From Candidatus Poribacteria bacterium (GTDB lineage Bacteria > Poribacteria > WGA-4E > WGA-3G): a stretch of DNA of 64,000 nt. Numbering within the stretch: position 1 is the stretch's first letter; each line of letters starts with the position of its first letter. The notes below the pieces were generated by a model. The model searched no databases and had not been told where the DNA came from. It worked only from the letters and a program-made list of their open reading frames with translations. The stretch is from positions 2,530,146 through 2,594,145 of the forward strand of contig OZ250160.1 in the NCBI GenBank assembly GCA_965237835.1, given 5' to 3'. Positions 49,400 through 59,750 of the stretch are shown one piece after another. Both the position numbers and the translations under genes were made by a program.

Positions 49400-50120
49400 A
49401 CGTCACAAAGCGGTAGGTGCGGTTTCCTACACCGCACCTTATGCGTCAATTTAAGAAAAAGTCTGCGTTTGGACAAACACCTCTCAATAAGCATGAGGAC
49501 TGAGACTGTCTTATATTTAGTCCCGTAGGGACGATATGTTTATAGTACCTCGTCCCGCAAACCCATCTCTTCAGTTCCATCCGAGCGAAATGTGTATAAT
49601 GTCTTATATATAAACATTCCGCCCCTACGGGGAAACCAAAGAATTGGGGGTGCTTCCGTTGCTATAAACATTGCGTCCCTACGGGACTAAAGAGGGTTTC
49701 TCGGACACGGAAAATCACTAAATTGACGCTAATGGTGTGGTTTCCTAACCGCACCATTAGCGTCAATTTAAGGAAATAAACCTATATTTTGGATATCTTA
49801 GCCCCAGCGGGGCGGAATGTGTATAGACCACGATCCATACCAAACTCAAGCCCCAGCAGGGCGAAAGGTGTATATGGGCACATGTTGTCAGACATCTGTC
49901 ACCCCGAATCAACGCCAAATGCGCGTATGGCATTTGTCGGGGTTCAAGAGACTGTTGGACACCGTTTTCTATATACCTGTCGCACCGCTGGTGCTAAGAT
50001 GTGATTTACCAAAGCCTCGGGGGAGGCGAAAGATGTATCAGACGCACTAAATTGACGCCCATGGTGCGGTTTCCTAACCGCACCGATAGATTGGAATCCC
50101 GTTAATTTAGTATTAAACCT
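49400..50120. repeat. Mosaic REP/BIME-like cluster with hairpin+GAA(A/T)NNTGTNTA modules
   Basis: A copy of the 300-bp unit (49440-49700), followed by ccccagcggggcggaatgtgtataga, ccccagcagggcgaaaggtgtatatg, caccgctggtgctaagatgtgattta and cctcgggggaggcgaaagatgtatcag. Confidence 0.6.
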
Positions 50121-50346
50121 TAAAGCACGCTACCAGGGGGCGAAGTATTTACACGAAACATTAAAAATACTTCCGCAAAAACCTGATCCTATTGTTATTG
50201 AACAAATCGCTCAACATCTGGGGTCAATCGGTGCTATTCATCAAACGCAACCTGAACTAAACCCCAGATAATTGGCGAAGGTATTGATACTAATGTTGTT
50301 TCATTTAATGCAGTTTTGATTGGAAAAATGGACATTTAGTCCACTA

Positions 50347-51450
50347 TCAATTGTCTGCATCATTCCATTGCGCATGTCGCTGTAGTGTTCGGATATCAAT
50401 CTCTAACGAATCTGCTGCCTTACGGAGCGATGTATATCTTTGGATACGCATCTGCGCAACTTCTCGTAGAATTTGATTTTGGTTCATGTTATTTATATTG
50501 ATAGGTTCTGCTTCGACTTCAGTTCCATTACCATGCGAATTTCTTATGCTATACCACGGCTGGGAAACCTCAGTGGAGAATTCATGCATTATTATATGTT
50601 GCGTCTCCGGATGGAGTGCCTCCCAAATCGCATGTTGAGTCTGCGGTGGGAGTGTTTTCCATGTTGTGATTAGCGTTTGTAAATACTCAGGATAAATATT
50701 TGGGAAATCTTTCGGTTCAAGCCGGTTGCTTGTGGAAAGAGCGATAGCAGTTTGAATAGTACTTCTAAGCTGCCGTATATTACCGGGCCACGCCGCTTGT
50801 TCAAGCCGAGTGAGTGCCTCAGCACTAATCCCTTTAACCTCTTTACCATGATTGAGACTGAATTCACGAATAAAAGAATCTACCAAAGGTGGAATATCCT
50901 CTGTCCTTTGCCTTAGTGGTGGAAGGTGGAGTGTCATGCCTTTAAGACGATAGTAAAGGTCTTCTCTAAATTTGTTTTTTGCAACGACCTTTTCTATATT
51001 TCTGTTTGTTGCAGTGAGAATATGCATATCTACTGTCAAAACCTGATTTCCACCAAGTCTCGTGAATGTAGTTGTATCCAAGACACGGAGAAGCATCTTC
51101 TGTGCGTCAAAAGACATTTCAGGTACCTCATCTAAAAAGAGGATTCCACCGTTTGCCTGTTCAAATGCACCTTGCCGCTGGCGTATTGCGCTGGTAAACG
51201 CCCCTGCTTCATGACCAAAGAGTTCACTTTGCAAAAGTTCAGCGGAAAATCTGCCACAGTTGATGGCTACAAAAGGTTGATCCCGACGCGGACCATTTTC
51301 ATGGATATATCTTGCAATTCCTTCCTTACCAACTCCTGTTTCACCAGTAATTAAAAACGGAATATTAGATTTTACAACCTGTTTTATTGTTTTGTAAATG
51401 ACCTGCATTTGCCCTGATGGCAATTCGATGAATGCTGGTTGTATGTTCAT
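50347..51450 (-). CDS. Sigma-54-dependent transcriptional activator (AAA+ EBP core plus C-terminal Fis-type HTH; no N-terminal sensor/receiver domain)
   Basis: Walker A GETGVGKE, GAFTSA (GAFTGA variant), ESELFGHE; HTH near LRKAADSLEIDIRTLQRH. Confidence 0.8.
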   Translation of the reverse strand: MNIQPAFIELPSGQMQVIYKTIKQVVKSNIPFLITGETGVGKEGIARYIHENGPRRDQPFVAINCGRFSAELLQSELFGHEAGAFTSAIRQRQGAFEQANGGILFLDEVPEMSFDAQKMLLRVLDTTTFTRLGGNQVLTVDMHILTATNRNIEKVVAKNKFREDLYYRLKGMTLHLPPLRQRTEDIPPLVDSFIREFSLNHGKEVKGISAEALTRLEQAAWPGNIRQLRSTIQTAIALSTSNRLEPKDFPNIYPEYLQTLITTWKTLPPQTQHAIWEALHPETQHIIMHEFSTEVSQPWYSIRNSHGNGTEVEAEPININNMNQNQILREVAQMRIQRYTSLRKAADSLEIDIRTLQRHAQWNDADN

Positions 51451-52269
51451 AATGTGCTCCTTAAGTATATTGTTAGTCTGGACGGAGTATATTAAGTTTG
51501 AGCAATTATATACCTAAAAGCAGATAGCGGTGTGGTGCGTCATTACCACGCGCAAATCATTCTTTGCCTTGTAGGAAATATAATACAGCACATTGTTTTT
51601 TTACATAAACGTTTGATTCGGAATTTTGGTTGACTTTAAAATTTAATTCCTTACGACACACATGTTTTCTATTTCAAATCACAAATGTAGAGGTTGAGAA
51701 TTCAACACGCAAAAATTGCATGTAACATACTATTTTTGCGTCATAATCTATAATTTTCGCGGTTCATCATACAACTTTTGCGTACCGGCAATGAGATGGA
51801 ACATTAAAGAACTTACACTTTTTAATGAAAATAATTTAATTTTAAAATATTATAGCGGTAATTTTCGATTTGATGAATCCAATGTTTACCTATGTTTAAG
51901 ACGTATAGAAGTTAGAAAACATAATTTCAACCCAATGGTTCTGACACAAAAAATGGTTCATAATAAAGTAATGGCACGAAACTTGCTTTATTATTTAGGT
52001 TTTATACCAAATTAACGCAATTTGTAGCGCGAGGTCCCCGTGCCTCGCAATGCTAACCGCTATTAGAAAACTTCTAATCAAGTTAATTTGGTATTAGTAA
52101 GTATTGTAGTCTATGTGACATTCAAAATGAACTTATTATATTAAATTTTACATAAGATATTAGGCATACACCGTGTGCCTTAACGGTGTAAGTACGCCTG
52201 TCCCTCTCCCCTTTGGGCGTGCTTACAAAAATCGCGATTTGGATAGGCGCGCTAACCAAATCGCGATTT

Positions 52270-52312
52270 ATGGAGGTAGCGATCTTCGGGTCGCTACCTT
52301 CTTTTTTGTATT
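52270..52312 (+). terminator. Rho-independent terminator-like hairpin
   Basis: ggtagcgatc-ttcg-ggtcgctacc followed by ttcttttttgta. Confidence 0.45.
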
Positions 52313-52329
52313 TTTTATACGTTCAATCT

Positions 52330-52620
52330 TGAAGGTATGAAACACCTGTGGTGCGATTAGAAACCACACCATTAGCGTCAATTTAGCGGTCCTCCAGGGC
52401 CGGTAGGTGCGGTTTCCTAACTGCTCCTTTTGTATCAACATCTCAAATAACGCAAAGGACGAGAATATCAGCGTTCGTAGTCGCGCAATTCATTGCGCCT
52501 CTTTTCTTTAAACGAGTTCTTTCCTTAAATTGACGCCTGTGGTGCGATTAGAAACCACACCTACCGGTCCTGGAGGATCAGTGATAAATTGATACCTATG
52601 CGTCAATCAGAAAAGATACC
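52330..52620. repeat. REP cluster (families A and C) in the long intergenic region
   Basis: ggtgcgattagaaaccacaccattagcgtcaattta, ggtaggtgcggtttcctaactgc, cgtagtcgcgcaattcattgcgcc, ggtgcgattagaaaccacacctacc. Confidence 0.5.
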
Positions 52621-52766
52621 CAACACTACAAAAAAATATTAGATGAGAACAACTCTGAAAATCCTATAATCCTGTGAATCCTGGTTCAGAAAAGATGAAT
52701 TTATTGAGAAATATGCCTCTTTAATGATATAATCTATGTTGCTACCATTACAATGGAGGGTATACA

Positions 52767-55196
52767 ATGTTATTTCAGAAACAGAGAATGATAGGGATGT
52801 GTCTGGCACTGCTGATGTTAGTCGCCCTTAGTGTAAACATAACCGATGCACAGCAGTCGGGTGCCAATGTAAATCTTAGGAAATCTGAGTTAAGTGATGC
52901 GGTCAGGGCATATAACGAACTTTCGGCTGCAGCAGCGCGTGCTTTTATGATACACCTCACCGACCCAACCAATACCGAAGCGTTAGAGAAATCGGTTACG
53001 TTGTCAAACAACTTTATCGCTGAATATCCGACATTAGACCGCGTGCATGCTGTCAACTACTACCTCGGCAGAGCATTGGTGCAATTAGGGGATGTTGAAA
53101 CGGGCATCGCTACCCTCGAAAAACTGATAGAGGATACCCAGTCTGATCGTCCCGCTACGACGCGGTATGTAGATGAAATCGGGGATAGGTTTATATGGAA
53201 TCCCTTTGAACATGGTTTGCTGGAGTTAGGATTGGCTTATGATAAGAACAAACAGCACGATAAGGCAGATGCCGTCTATAATAGGCTGATAACACACCCA
53301 AAGTTTGGAGGCTGGCATCAGGCACGGATTGCAAGGCAAATACTTATAACGGATACTGCTTCGCGAACAGGTCAAACCCCCATGACTCACAATGCGTGGA
53401 TATATAAACCAGCACTCAATTTTCGGATGCAATATGGGGAAAATAGACGGCAAGTACGCACATTGAAGGAATACGAGGGACAGGTCGTGTTGCTCTATTA
53501 TGGCGCACCCGACACACCAATTCTCAAACAAGTTCACGATAAATATAAAGACCAAAAGTTTCAGATTATTTCCGTGAACGCAGACGTATCCGAACTGCCT
53601 ATTGCTAAACCTATAGTGGAAAAAGGTGACGCATGGATTCACTATCACGACACACACGGCAAAGTCGCCAATATGTATGAGATACGCGCCCTTCCCGCTG
53701 TCTTTCTGTTGGATAGCGAAGGTTCTATCCGAAAGACGCACCTTGACGCGGCATCTCTTGAAAATGCAGTTGATGAACTGGTGAAGGAAAACCTTGCTAA
53801 ATACGCTGATCCGAGAACGCAAGCGGTTATCGCAAAGGCGGTTGAGGCACACGGCGGACTTGAGAAACTAAAGGCTGTGGAAAATATGGTAATGGATGCA
53901 AGCATTTTTGAACACCATCCGGATGGTTCTGTAGACGAAGAAGCACGCGGAAAAGTCTACCTTTACCGTGATAAATTCTATATGGAATTCATTGCTGATA
54001 AGGGTGAACGGCTCATCAGTATCTTTGATGGTACTACAATTTACAGGAAAAAACCAGATGGAACTTATGAACGTATGCCTGATGAGGTTGCCAAATCTCT
54101 AACTGCTTTCCATAACGATTGGCTTTTCAGTATGCCGATTTGGCTCTTGCCAGTCCTCGCTGAAAACGAGATCCCTATTCAGTATGTCGCGACAGGGCAT
54201 GCGAAAGGTGCGCCTGCTGTTGTGCTAAGTGTTCAGCAACCTTCTGGGAGACCGCTCAAAATCTACATCAGTTCTGAAACACACTATATTGTGCAGCTTG
54301 CGTTTCATGATGGACGCGTAAACAGAGTTACGTCTTTCGAGCAGTATAAGGATGTAGATGGCATCAAAATGTCGCATTCTTGGACTGAGAAACACCAGTC
54401 GCATACTGAAACATTTCTCAGCAATGTCATCATCAACGCAGATATTGACCCGAAACTTTTTGATCCGAATTCTGGCGAAAAGAATTGGGCGAATGTACCC
54501 AAAGTGAACCCCGACAACCTTGCAGAAAACGCTGAGCCAAAAGCCGATGATATTATCGCAGCGATGGTCGCGGCGCACGGTGGGATTAGGAAATTACGTG
54601 CGGTTGAAAACATGGTGCAAGATTATACCCTCTTTGTGGCGCGTCCTGATGGCATTTTGGAAAATTATGGCGGCGGGAAAGCATATCTTTATCCCAAAAA
54701 ATATCGCTCAGATTTCTTTACTGTCAACGGTGAAAAGTCTTCGATGTTTACGGATGGCAAAACGATATACTACAAGGAAGGCGACATATTTGCAAAATTG
54801 CCTGAAGATCAAGTTAAAGCGCAGATGAAGAGCGATAAAGATATGGCGTTCCGTGAACCGATTTGGTTGTTGAAAATGCTGGCTGAATACAATTTATCTA
54901 CGGAATATGTGGGTGTTGAGGATGTGGATGGTGGCACTGCTTCAGTGATGCGTCTTGCACAACCTTCTGAGATACCTATCAAACTCTATATCAGCGATAA
55001 AACGCACTATCTCGTGAAGATTGTGGTTGAAGAGGAAGAGCAGACGGTGAAACTTTATAGGCAGTTCAAGGATGTTGATGGTATCATGCTTCCGCATCAA
55101 TCTATTACAAGAAGGGCAGGTTTGCATCATGAAACGCATTTCAGTAACGTCATCCTCAACGCAGAAATTGACCCTGCCCTCTTTGAACCGAAATAG
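52767..55196 (+). CDS. Secreted multidomain protein: TPR-like N-region, redox-inactive thioredoxin-like (TlpA-like) domain, and two tandem LolA/RseB-like (outer-membrane lipoprotein-sorting-like) domains
   Basis: Signal peptide. The thioredoxin-like block VVLLYYGAPDTPILKQ...VFLLDSEGSI lacks CxxC. Two ~200-aa repeats begin AVENMV.D...PDG. Confidence 0.5.
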   Translation: MLFQKQRMIGMCLALLMLVALSVNITDAQQSGANVNLRKSELSDAVRAYNELSAAAARAFMIHLTDPTNTEALEKSVTLSNNFIAEYPTLDRVHAVNYYLGRALVQLGDVETGIATLEKLIEDTQSDRPATTRYVDEIGDRFIWNPFEHGLLELGLAYDKNKQHDKADAVYNRLITHPKFGGWHQARIARQILITDTASRTGQTPMTHNAWIYKPALNFRMQYGENRRQVRTLKEYEGQVVLLYYGAPDTPILKQVHDKYKDQKFQIISVNADVSELPIAKPIVEKGDAWIHYHDTHGKVANMYEIRALPAVFLLDSEGSIRKTHLDAASLENAVDELVKENLAKYADPRTQAVIAKAVEAHGGLEKLKAVENMVMDASIFEHHPDGSVDEEARGKVYLYRDKFYMEFIADKGERLISIFDGTTIYRKKPDGTYERMPDEVAKSLTAFHNDWLFSMPIWLLPVLAENEIPIQYVATGHAKGAPAVVLSVQQPSGRPLKIYISSETHYIVQLAFHDGRVNRVTSFEQYKDVDGIKMSHSWTEKHQSHTETFLSNVIINADIDPKLFDPNSGEKNWANVPKVNPDNLAENAEPKADDIIAAMVAAHGGIRKLRAVENMVQDYTLFVARPDGILENYGGGKAYLYPKKYRSDFFTVNGEKSSMFTDGKTIYYKEGDIFAKLPEDQVKAQMKSDKDMAFREPIWLLKMLAEYNLSTEYVGVEDVDGGTASVMRLAQPSEIPIKLYISDKTHYLVKIVVEEEEQTVKLYRQFKDVDGIMLPHQSITRRAGLHHETHFSNVILNAEIDPALFEPK

Positions 55197-55199
55197 AAT

Positions 55200-55320
55200 T
55201 TGTTCTCTGTCGCGCGAGGTCCCCGTGCCTCGATCTTTGTCTGAAACGCCACACCAACCATGTCGGGGCACGGGGTCCCCGACCTACAATAAAAACAATG
55301 GTAGGTGCTGGTCCCCGTGA
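55200..55320. repeat. REP elements (RAYT-type GTAG plus GC palindromes)
   Basis: gtcgcgcgaggtccccgtgcctcga, gtcggggcacggggtccccgacctac, gtaggtgctggtccccgtga. Confidence 0.5.
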
Positions 55321-55424
55321 TTGTCTTTAGCACCAGCAGTGCGAAAGGTATATAGAATTTGAGAAAACCCTTGATATAACAGTTCCTAATCCTGAAAATC
55401 CTTGTTCAGACAAACCCGAATTTT

Positions 55425-55455
55425 CCCCTTGCAATCACACCCCGATTCGCATATA
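55425..55455 (+). promoter_or_regulatory. Sigma-70-type promoter for the Type IIG gene
   Basis: TTGCAA, 17 nt, TATAAT. Preceded by the family-2 element tail cctaatcctgaaaatccttgttcagacaaa. Confidence 0.45.
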
Positions 55456-55456
55456 A

Positions 55457-58400
55457 TTGCCGTTGCATCAATATCAACAGTCACAAGGGGACACCATGCC
55501 ATCTCTCAACATCAAACCCACACACAAACCGATCAAGACATACTACATGGAACTGGAAAAATATGAACAACTCGGCGCAGAAAACGAGGGCAGCGTCAGA
55601 GCAGCATTCCAAAACCTACTACAGCACTACTGCGGACAATCCAACCTCACGCTCCTTTGCGAAAAAACGATCCACACCACAGATAACAGGCGGATAATCC
55701 CTGATGGCGAAATCGTTGACGTATACAAATTACCGCACGGCTATTGGGAAGCAAAAGATACACAGGACGACCTACATAGCGAAGCAGACAAGAAGTTCAC
55801 CGTAGGCTACCCCTCCAAAAACATCGTGTTTCAATCACCGACACACGCGCTCCTCTATCAGAACGGGCAGCTACGACTTGACACAGACATCACCGACCCG
55901 AAAAACCTTGTCCAAGTGCTGCAAACCTTCTTAGCATATCAAGAGGAGAACATCACAGCGTGGCATCAGGCTGTCGCAGAATTCAGAGAGATTGTCCCAC
56001 AACTCGGTGAAAAACTGGCGACGTTGATCCAAACCGAACGTCAGAACAATCCACATTTTCAGGAGGCGTTCTCCAATTTCCATCAGCAGTGCCAAACCTC
56101 TATTAACCCGAATCTATCTATCGCTGCAGTTGAGGAGATGCTCATCCAGCACCTGCTAACCGAACGGATATTCGCTACCATTTTTGATAACCGCGACTTC
56201 ACCCGCAGAAATATCATCGCACGCGAGATTGAAAATGTTATTGATGTGCTTACTGAACGCACCCTGAACCGATCCGAATTTCTCCGTCACTTGAACCCGT
56301 TTTACGTAGCAATAGAGAAAACTGCCCGCACGATTACCGATTTCTCACAGAAACAGGGATTTCTGAATGCGGTTTATGAGCAGTTTTTTCAAGGCTTCTC
56401 TGTCAAGGTCGCAGATACGCACGGTATCGTCTACACACCGCAACCGATTGTGGATTTCATGGTGAAAAGCGTTGAACACATTGGACAGACAATGTTCGGT
56501 CGTTCCCTGTCCGATAGCGGTGTGCATATCATTGACCCATTTGTCGGCACTGGCAACTTCATTGTCCGCATCATGCAGGAACTTGACCCGATCGCACTGG
56601 AACGGAAATACACCGCCGACCCGCCAGAACTGCAGTGCAATGAGGTGATGCTCCTACCATACTACATCGCCAGTCTGAACATAGAACATCAGTTTTTCAC
56701 GGCGACGAACCGGTACGCCGCATTTGAAGGTATCTGCCTTGTGGATACTTTTGAAATGGCAGAGGATCGGCAGATGTCGCTATTTGTGCCTGCAAACACG
56801 GCACGCGTTGAGAAACAGAAGCAGACACCGATGTTTGTGGTTATCGGCAATCCGCCCTACAATATGGGACAGGTGAATGAGAACGACAACAACAAAAATC
56901 GCAAATATGAGACGATGGACAAGCGGATTGCGGATACTTATGTGAAAGATTCTAAAGCGACGCTCAGAAATAAACTCTACGATCCTTATGTCAAGGCGAT
57001 TCGGTGGGGCTTGGACAGGATTGGTGAGGAAGGGGTTGTCGCCTTTGTTACGAACAATAGTTTTCTTGATGGCATTGCGTTTGATGGCATGCGGAAACAC
57101 CTTGCAGAGGATTGCGATGCTATCTACATTCTGGATTTAGGCGGAAATGCGCGGAAGGGATTGAAGGTCTCCGATGCCAATGTATTCGGTATTCGGGTTG
57201 GGGTGAGCATCAATCTATTTGTCAAGAAAAAGGATGATTCATCTGAGACACCGCACCTCTTTTACTATCGCACCGATGACTTGTGGAACAAAAAACAGAA
57301 GTTTGATTTTCTCAATGAACGTCAACACATAGGCGGTATTGAATGGCGACCTATTCTACCGGATGCACGGCAAACATGGCTCACCGAAGGTCTGCACGCC
57401 GAGTTTGACACTTTTATTTCAATGGGAGACAAGGAAACGAAAAGATCTACAAGTGAGGTCGATTCAATTTTTCGTCTTTACTCTTTGGGAGTTGCTACAA
57501 ACAGAGATGTTTTGGTTTATTCTTTTGATCTTGGCTTGTTACAAGAACGCGTTGACACATTTATTGAAATATACAATACAACCGCTGATAGGAAGAGGAG
57601 GCACAGTCCGAAGGATCCCGTTGAAAGTTTCATTGATACGAATGATCCTTGCATCAAATGGACTCGTCAAGTTAAAGCATCGCTGAAAAGACTTGAGCCA
57701 AGCAGCTACGAAGAGACACACTTTCGTTCTGCTTTGTATCGTCCGTTCTGTCAGAAACATCTCTACTTTGATAATTTTTGGAATGAGGAACGTTATCAAC
57801 AACATCGAATTTTTCCTACATCAGAGGTAGAAATTGAAAATCAGGTAATTTGTGTTGGAGGGTACGGTAGAAAAGAATTTGCTGTTTTGATGAGCAATTC
57901 TATTCCTGACTTGAATCTATATTCTGATCCGCACCAATGCTTCCCGTTCTACACCTACGACGAAGATGGCACAAATCGCCGCGAAAACATCACCGATTGG
58001 GCATTGGCGCAGTTCCGCATGCACTACAAAGACGACTCCATCAGCAAGTGGGACATCTTCCACTATAACTACGGCATCCTGCATCATCCGGACTATCGCA
58101 ATAAGTATCAGGCGAACCTCAAGCGCGACCTGCCGCATATCCCGTTTGCCCAAGATTTTTGGGGATTTGCCAACGCTGGCGCGCGCTTAGCAGACATACA
58201 CGTCAACTACGAATCCCAACCCGAATATGACAAACTCAAGTTCGTGCAGAACCCAAACGTCCCGCTCAATTGGCGCGTTGAGAAGATGAAACTTGCCAAA
58301 GATAAAACCTCGCTTGTCTACAATGATTTTTTGACGCTTGATGGTATTCCAGCAAAGACGTTTGACTATCGGCTTGGCACCCGTTCTGCGTTGGAATGGA

Positions 58401-58561
58401 TTATCAATCAGTATTGTGTCAAAACGGACAAGCGGAGTGGCATCGTCAACGACCCGAATCGTGCCGATGATCCGCAATATATTGTGCGGTTGATTGGGCA
58501 GGTGATTTCGGTGAGCTTGGAGACGGTGGATATTGTTGAGAATTTGCCTGCGTTACAGTAG
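55457..58561 (+). CDS. Type IIG/IIL restriction-modification enzyme (MmeI-like: N-terminal PD-(D/E)xK nuclease fused to gamma-class N6-adenine methyltransferase and a TRD)
   Basis: N-terminal IPDGEIVD...WEAKD (the D...ExK of the MmeI family). MTase motif I DPFVGTGNF, motif IV VIGNPPYN. 1034 aa. Confidence 0.7.
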   Translation: MPLHQYQQSQGDTMPSLNIKPTHKPIKTYYMELEKYEQLGAENEGSVRAAFQNLLQHYCGQSNLTLLCEKTIHTTDNRRIIPDGEIVDVYKLPHGYWEAKDTQDDLHSEADKKFTVGYPSKNIVFQSPTHALLYQNGQLRLDTDITDPKNLVQVLQTFLAYQEENITAWHQAVAEFREIVPQLGEKLATLIQTERQNNPHFQEAFSNFHQQCQTSINPNLSIAAVEEMLIQHLLTERIFATIFDNRDFTRRNIIAREIENVIDVLTERTLNRSEFLRHLNPFYVAIEKTARTITDFSQKQGFLNAVYEQFFQGFSVKVADTHGIVYTPQPIVDFMVKSVEHIGQTMFGRSLSDSGVHIIDPFVGTGNFIVRIMQELDPIALERKYTADPPELQCNEVMLLPYYIASLNIEHQFFTATNRYAAFEGICLVDTFEMAEDRQMSLFVPANTARVEKQKQTPMFVVIGNPPYNMGQVNENDNNKNRKYETMDKRIADTYVKDSKATLRNKLYDPYVKAIRWGLDRIGEEGVVAFVTNNSFLDGIAFDGMRKHLAEDCDAIYILDLGGNARKGLKVSDANVFGIRVGVSINLFVKKKDDSSETPHLFYYRTDDLWNKKQKFDFLNERQHIGGIEWRPILPDARQTWLTEGLHAEFDTFISMGDKETKRSTSEVDSIFRLYSLGVATNRDVLVYSFDLGLLQERVDTFIEIYNTTADRKRRHSPKDPVESFIDTNDPCIKWTRQVKASLKRLEPSSYEETHFRSALYRPFCQKHLYFDNFWNEERYQQHRIFPTSEVEIENQVICVGGYGRKEFAVLMSNSIPDLNLYSDPHQCFPFYTYDEDGTNRRENITDWALAQFRMHYKDDSISKWDIFHYNYGILHHPDYRNKYQANLKRDLPHIPFAQDFWGFANAGARLADIHVNYESQPEYDKLKFVQNPNVPLNWRVEKMKLAKDKTSLVYNDFLTLDGIPAKTFDYRLGTRSALEWIINQYCVKTDKRSGIVNDPNRADDPQYIVRLIGQVISVSLETVDIVENLPALQ

Positions 58562-58594
58562 TAGGCACACTCCGTGTGCCATAAACCATATTCC

Positions 58595-58623
58595 TTGATA
58601 TTTTCTTCGGAATGTGCTATTAT
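58595..58623 (+). promoter_or_regulatory. Sigma-70-type promoter for the SIR2-NTPase operon
   Basis: TTGATA, 17 nt, TATTAT. Confidence 0.45.
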
Positions 58624-58694
58624 TTAAACAATCAATTGCCACGAATCTCCAGAGGATTTTCGCTGAGGACTTTTGTCATCATATCACTTTATAA

Positions 58695-59750
58695 ATGAAT
58701 AATCAAAAAATAATTTTACCCGAAGTTTTTACACCACAAGAACGAAACGAAAACACTGAGCGAAAGCGTGAATTGGTTGAGTTTGTTGCTTCTGGAGAAG
58801 CCGTACTTATAGTTGGCGCAGGAAGTAGTGTGCGTGTCTGCTACGTGACTTGGGATGGTCTTATGGTGAATTTGGAGAATTTAGCCAATGAATGTGGTGA
58901 AGGTCTTACTCAAAGATTTAAGAATGACCCATTAGCATACGCAGAAGACATCAAATTGCACATTAAAAATGAAACAAGCAATCTAAACAGATATCACGCT
59001 TTGCTTCAGAACCTATTTTGTCCAAAAGATCCACCGTGTAATGATTTTCATAAAAAACTTGTTGCACTACCCTTTAGAGGAATCTTGACAACCAATTACG
59101 ATACTGTGCTTGAAGCAGCATTAGGTGAGATAGAACCGAGATTTGCCTATGATAACTCATTCATCATTAACGAAAATTCCGCTGGACGAGTTCATGAATT
59201 TTTGATGGCAATGAATAATGATAAAAGAATGACTCGGCGTATTGCACACTTGCACGGAAAATTTGATCCAGTGGATAGTATAATTTTGAGTATTGAAGAC
59301 TACAAAAATGCTTATGGTTTGAATCTCACTGACAGAGACAATCGACAAGCAGATGAATCTAAACTTCGTTTCAGACTACTTTGGTCGGTTTTAGCAACCC
59401 GTAGGGTCGTATTTATCGGTTTCAGCATGAATGATCCCTATTTCAACAAGATGTTAGAAACTGTCAGTGCTGACTTGTGGAGATGGAATAAATCCATTCA
59501 CTTCGCAATTATGAGTATTGCCTCTGGTAGTGCCGAGAATTCAAAAGTTAAAGCTGAAACGCTTAAGAGTGAATATGGCGTTGGCACTGTGTTTTACGAA
59601 GATTCTGACGACACGCATCAAGGTTTGGATCGTATACTTGATGAAATTGATGAAGCGTGCAAAGTTAAGAATCAACCGACAACTGATGAAGTAGATTGGT
59701 CAGAACAAATAAATCGACGAATGGAAGGGGGAATCGGGGATGAAGATTAA
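58695..59750 (+). CDS. SIR2-like (SIR2_2/DSR/ThsA-type) domain protein, putative NAD+-depleting defense effector
   Basis: Defense-SIR2 motifs LIVGAGSS (GAGxS), TTNYD, HLHG, and a late VVFIGFSMNDPYF block. Confidence 0.7.
   Translation: MNNQKIILPEVFTPQERNENTERKRELVEFVASGEAVLIVGAGSSVRVCYVTWDGLMVNLENLANECGEGLTQRFKNDPLAYAEDIKLHIKNETSNLNRYHALLQNLFCPKDPPCNDFHKKLVALPFRGILTTNYDTVLEAALGEIEPRFAYDNSFIINENSAGRVHEFLMAMNNDKRMTRRIAHLHGKFDPVDSIILSIEDYKNAYGLNLTDRDNRQADESKLRFRLLWSVLATRRVVFIGFSMNDPYFNKMLETVSADLWRWNKSIHFAIMSIASGSAENSKVKAETLKSEYGVGTVFYEDSDDTHQGLDRILDEIDEACKVKNQPTTDEVDWSEQINRRMEGGIGDED

Noticed and set aside
51716-52015. 99-aa ORF in the AT-rich intergenic region upstream of the sigma-54 activator
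   Set aside because: Extreme AT bias, no RBS, low-complexity protein (YNFCV..., NNLILKYY). More likely promoter or UAS DNA than a gene.
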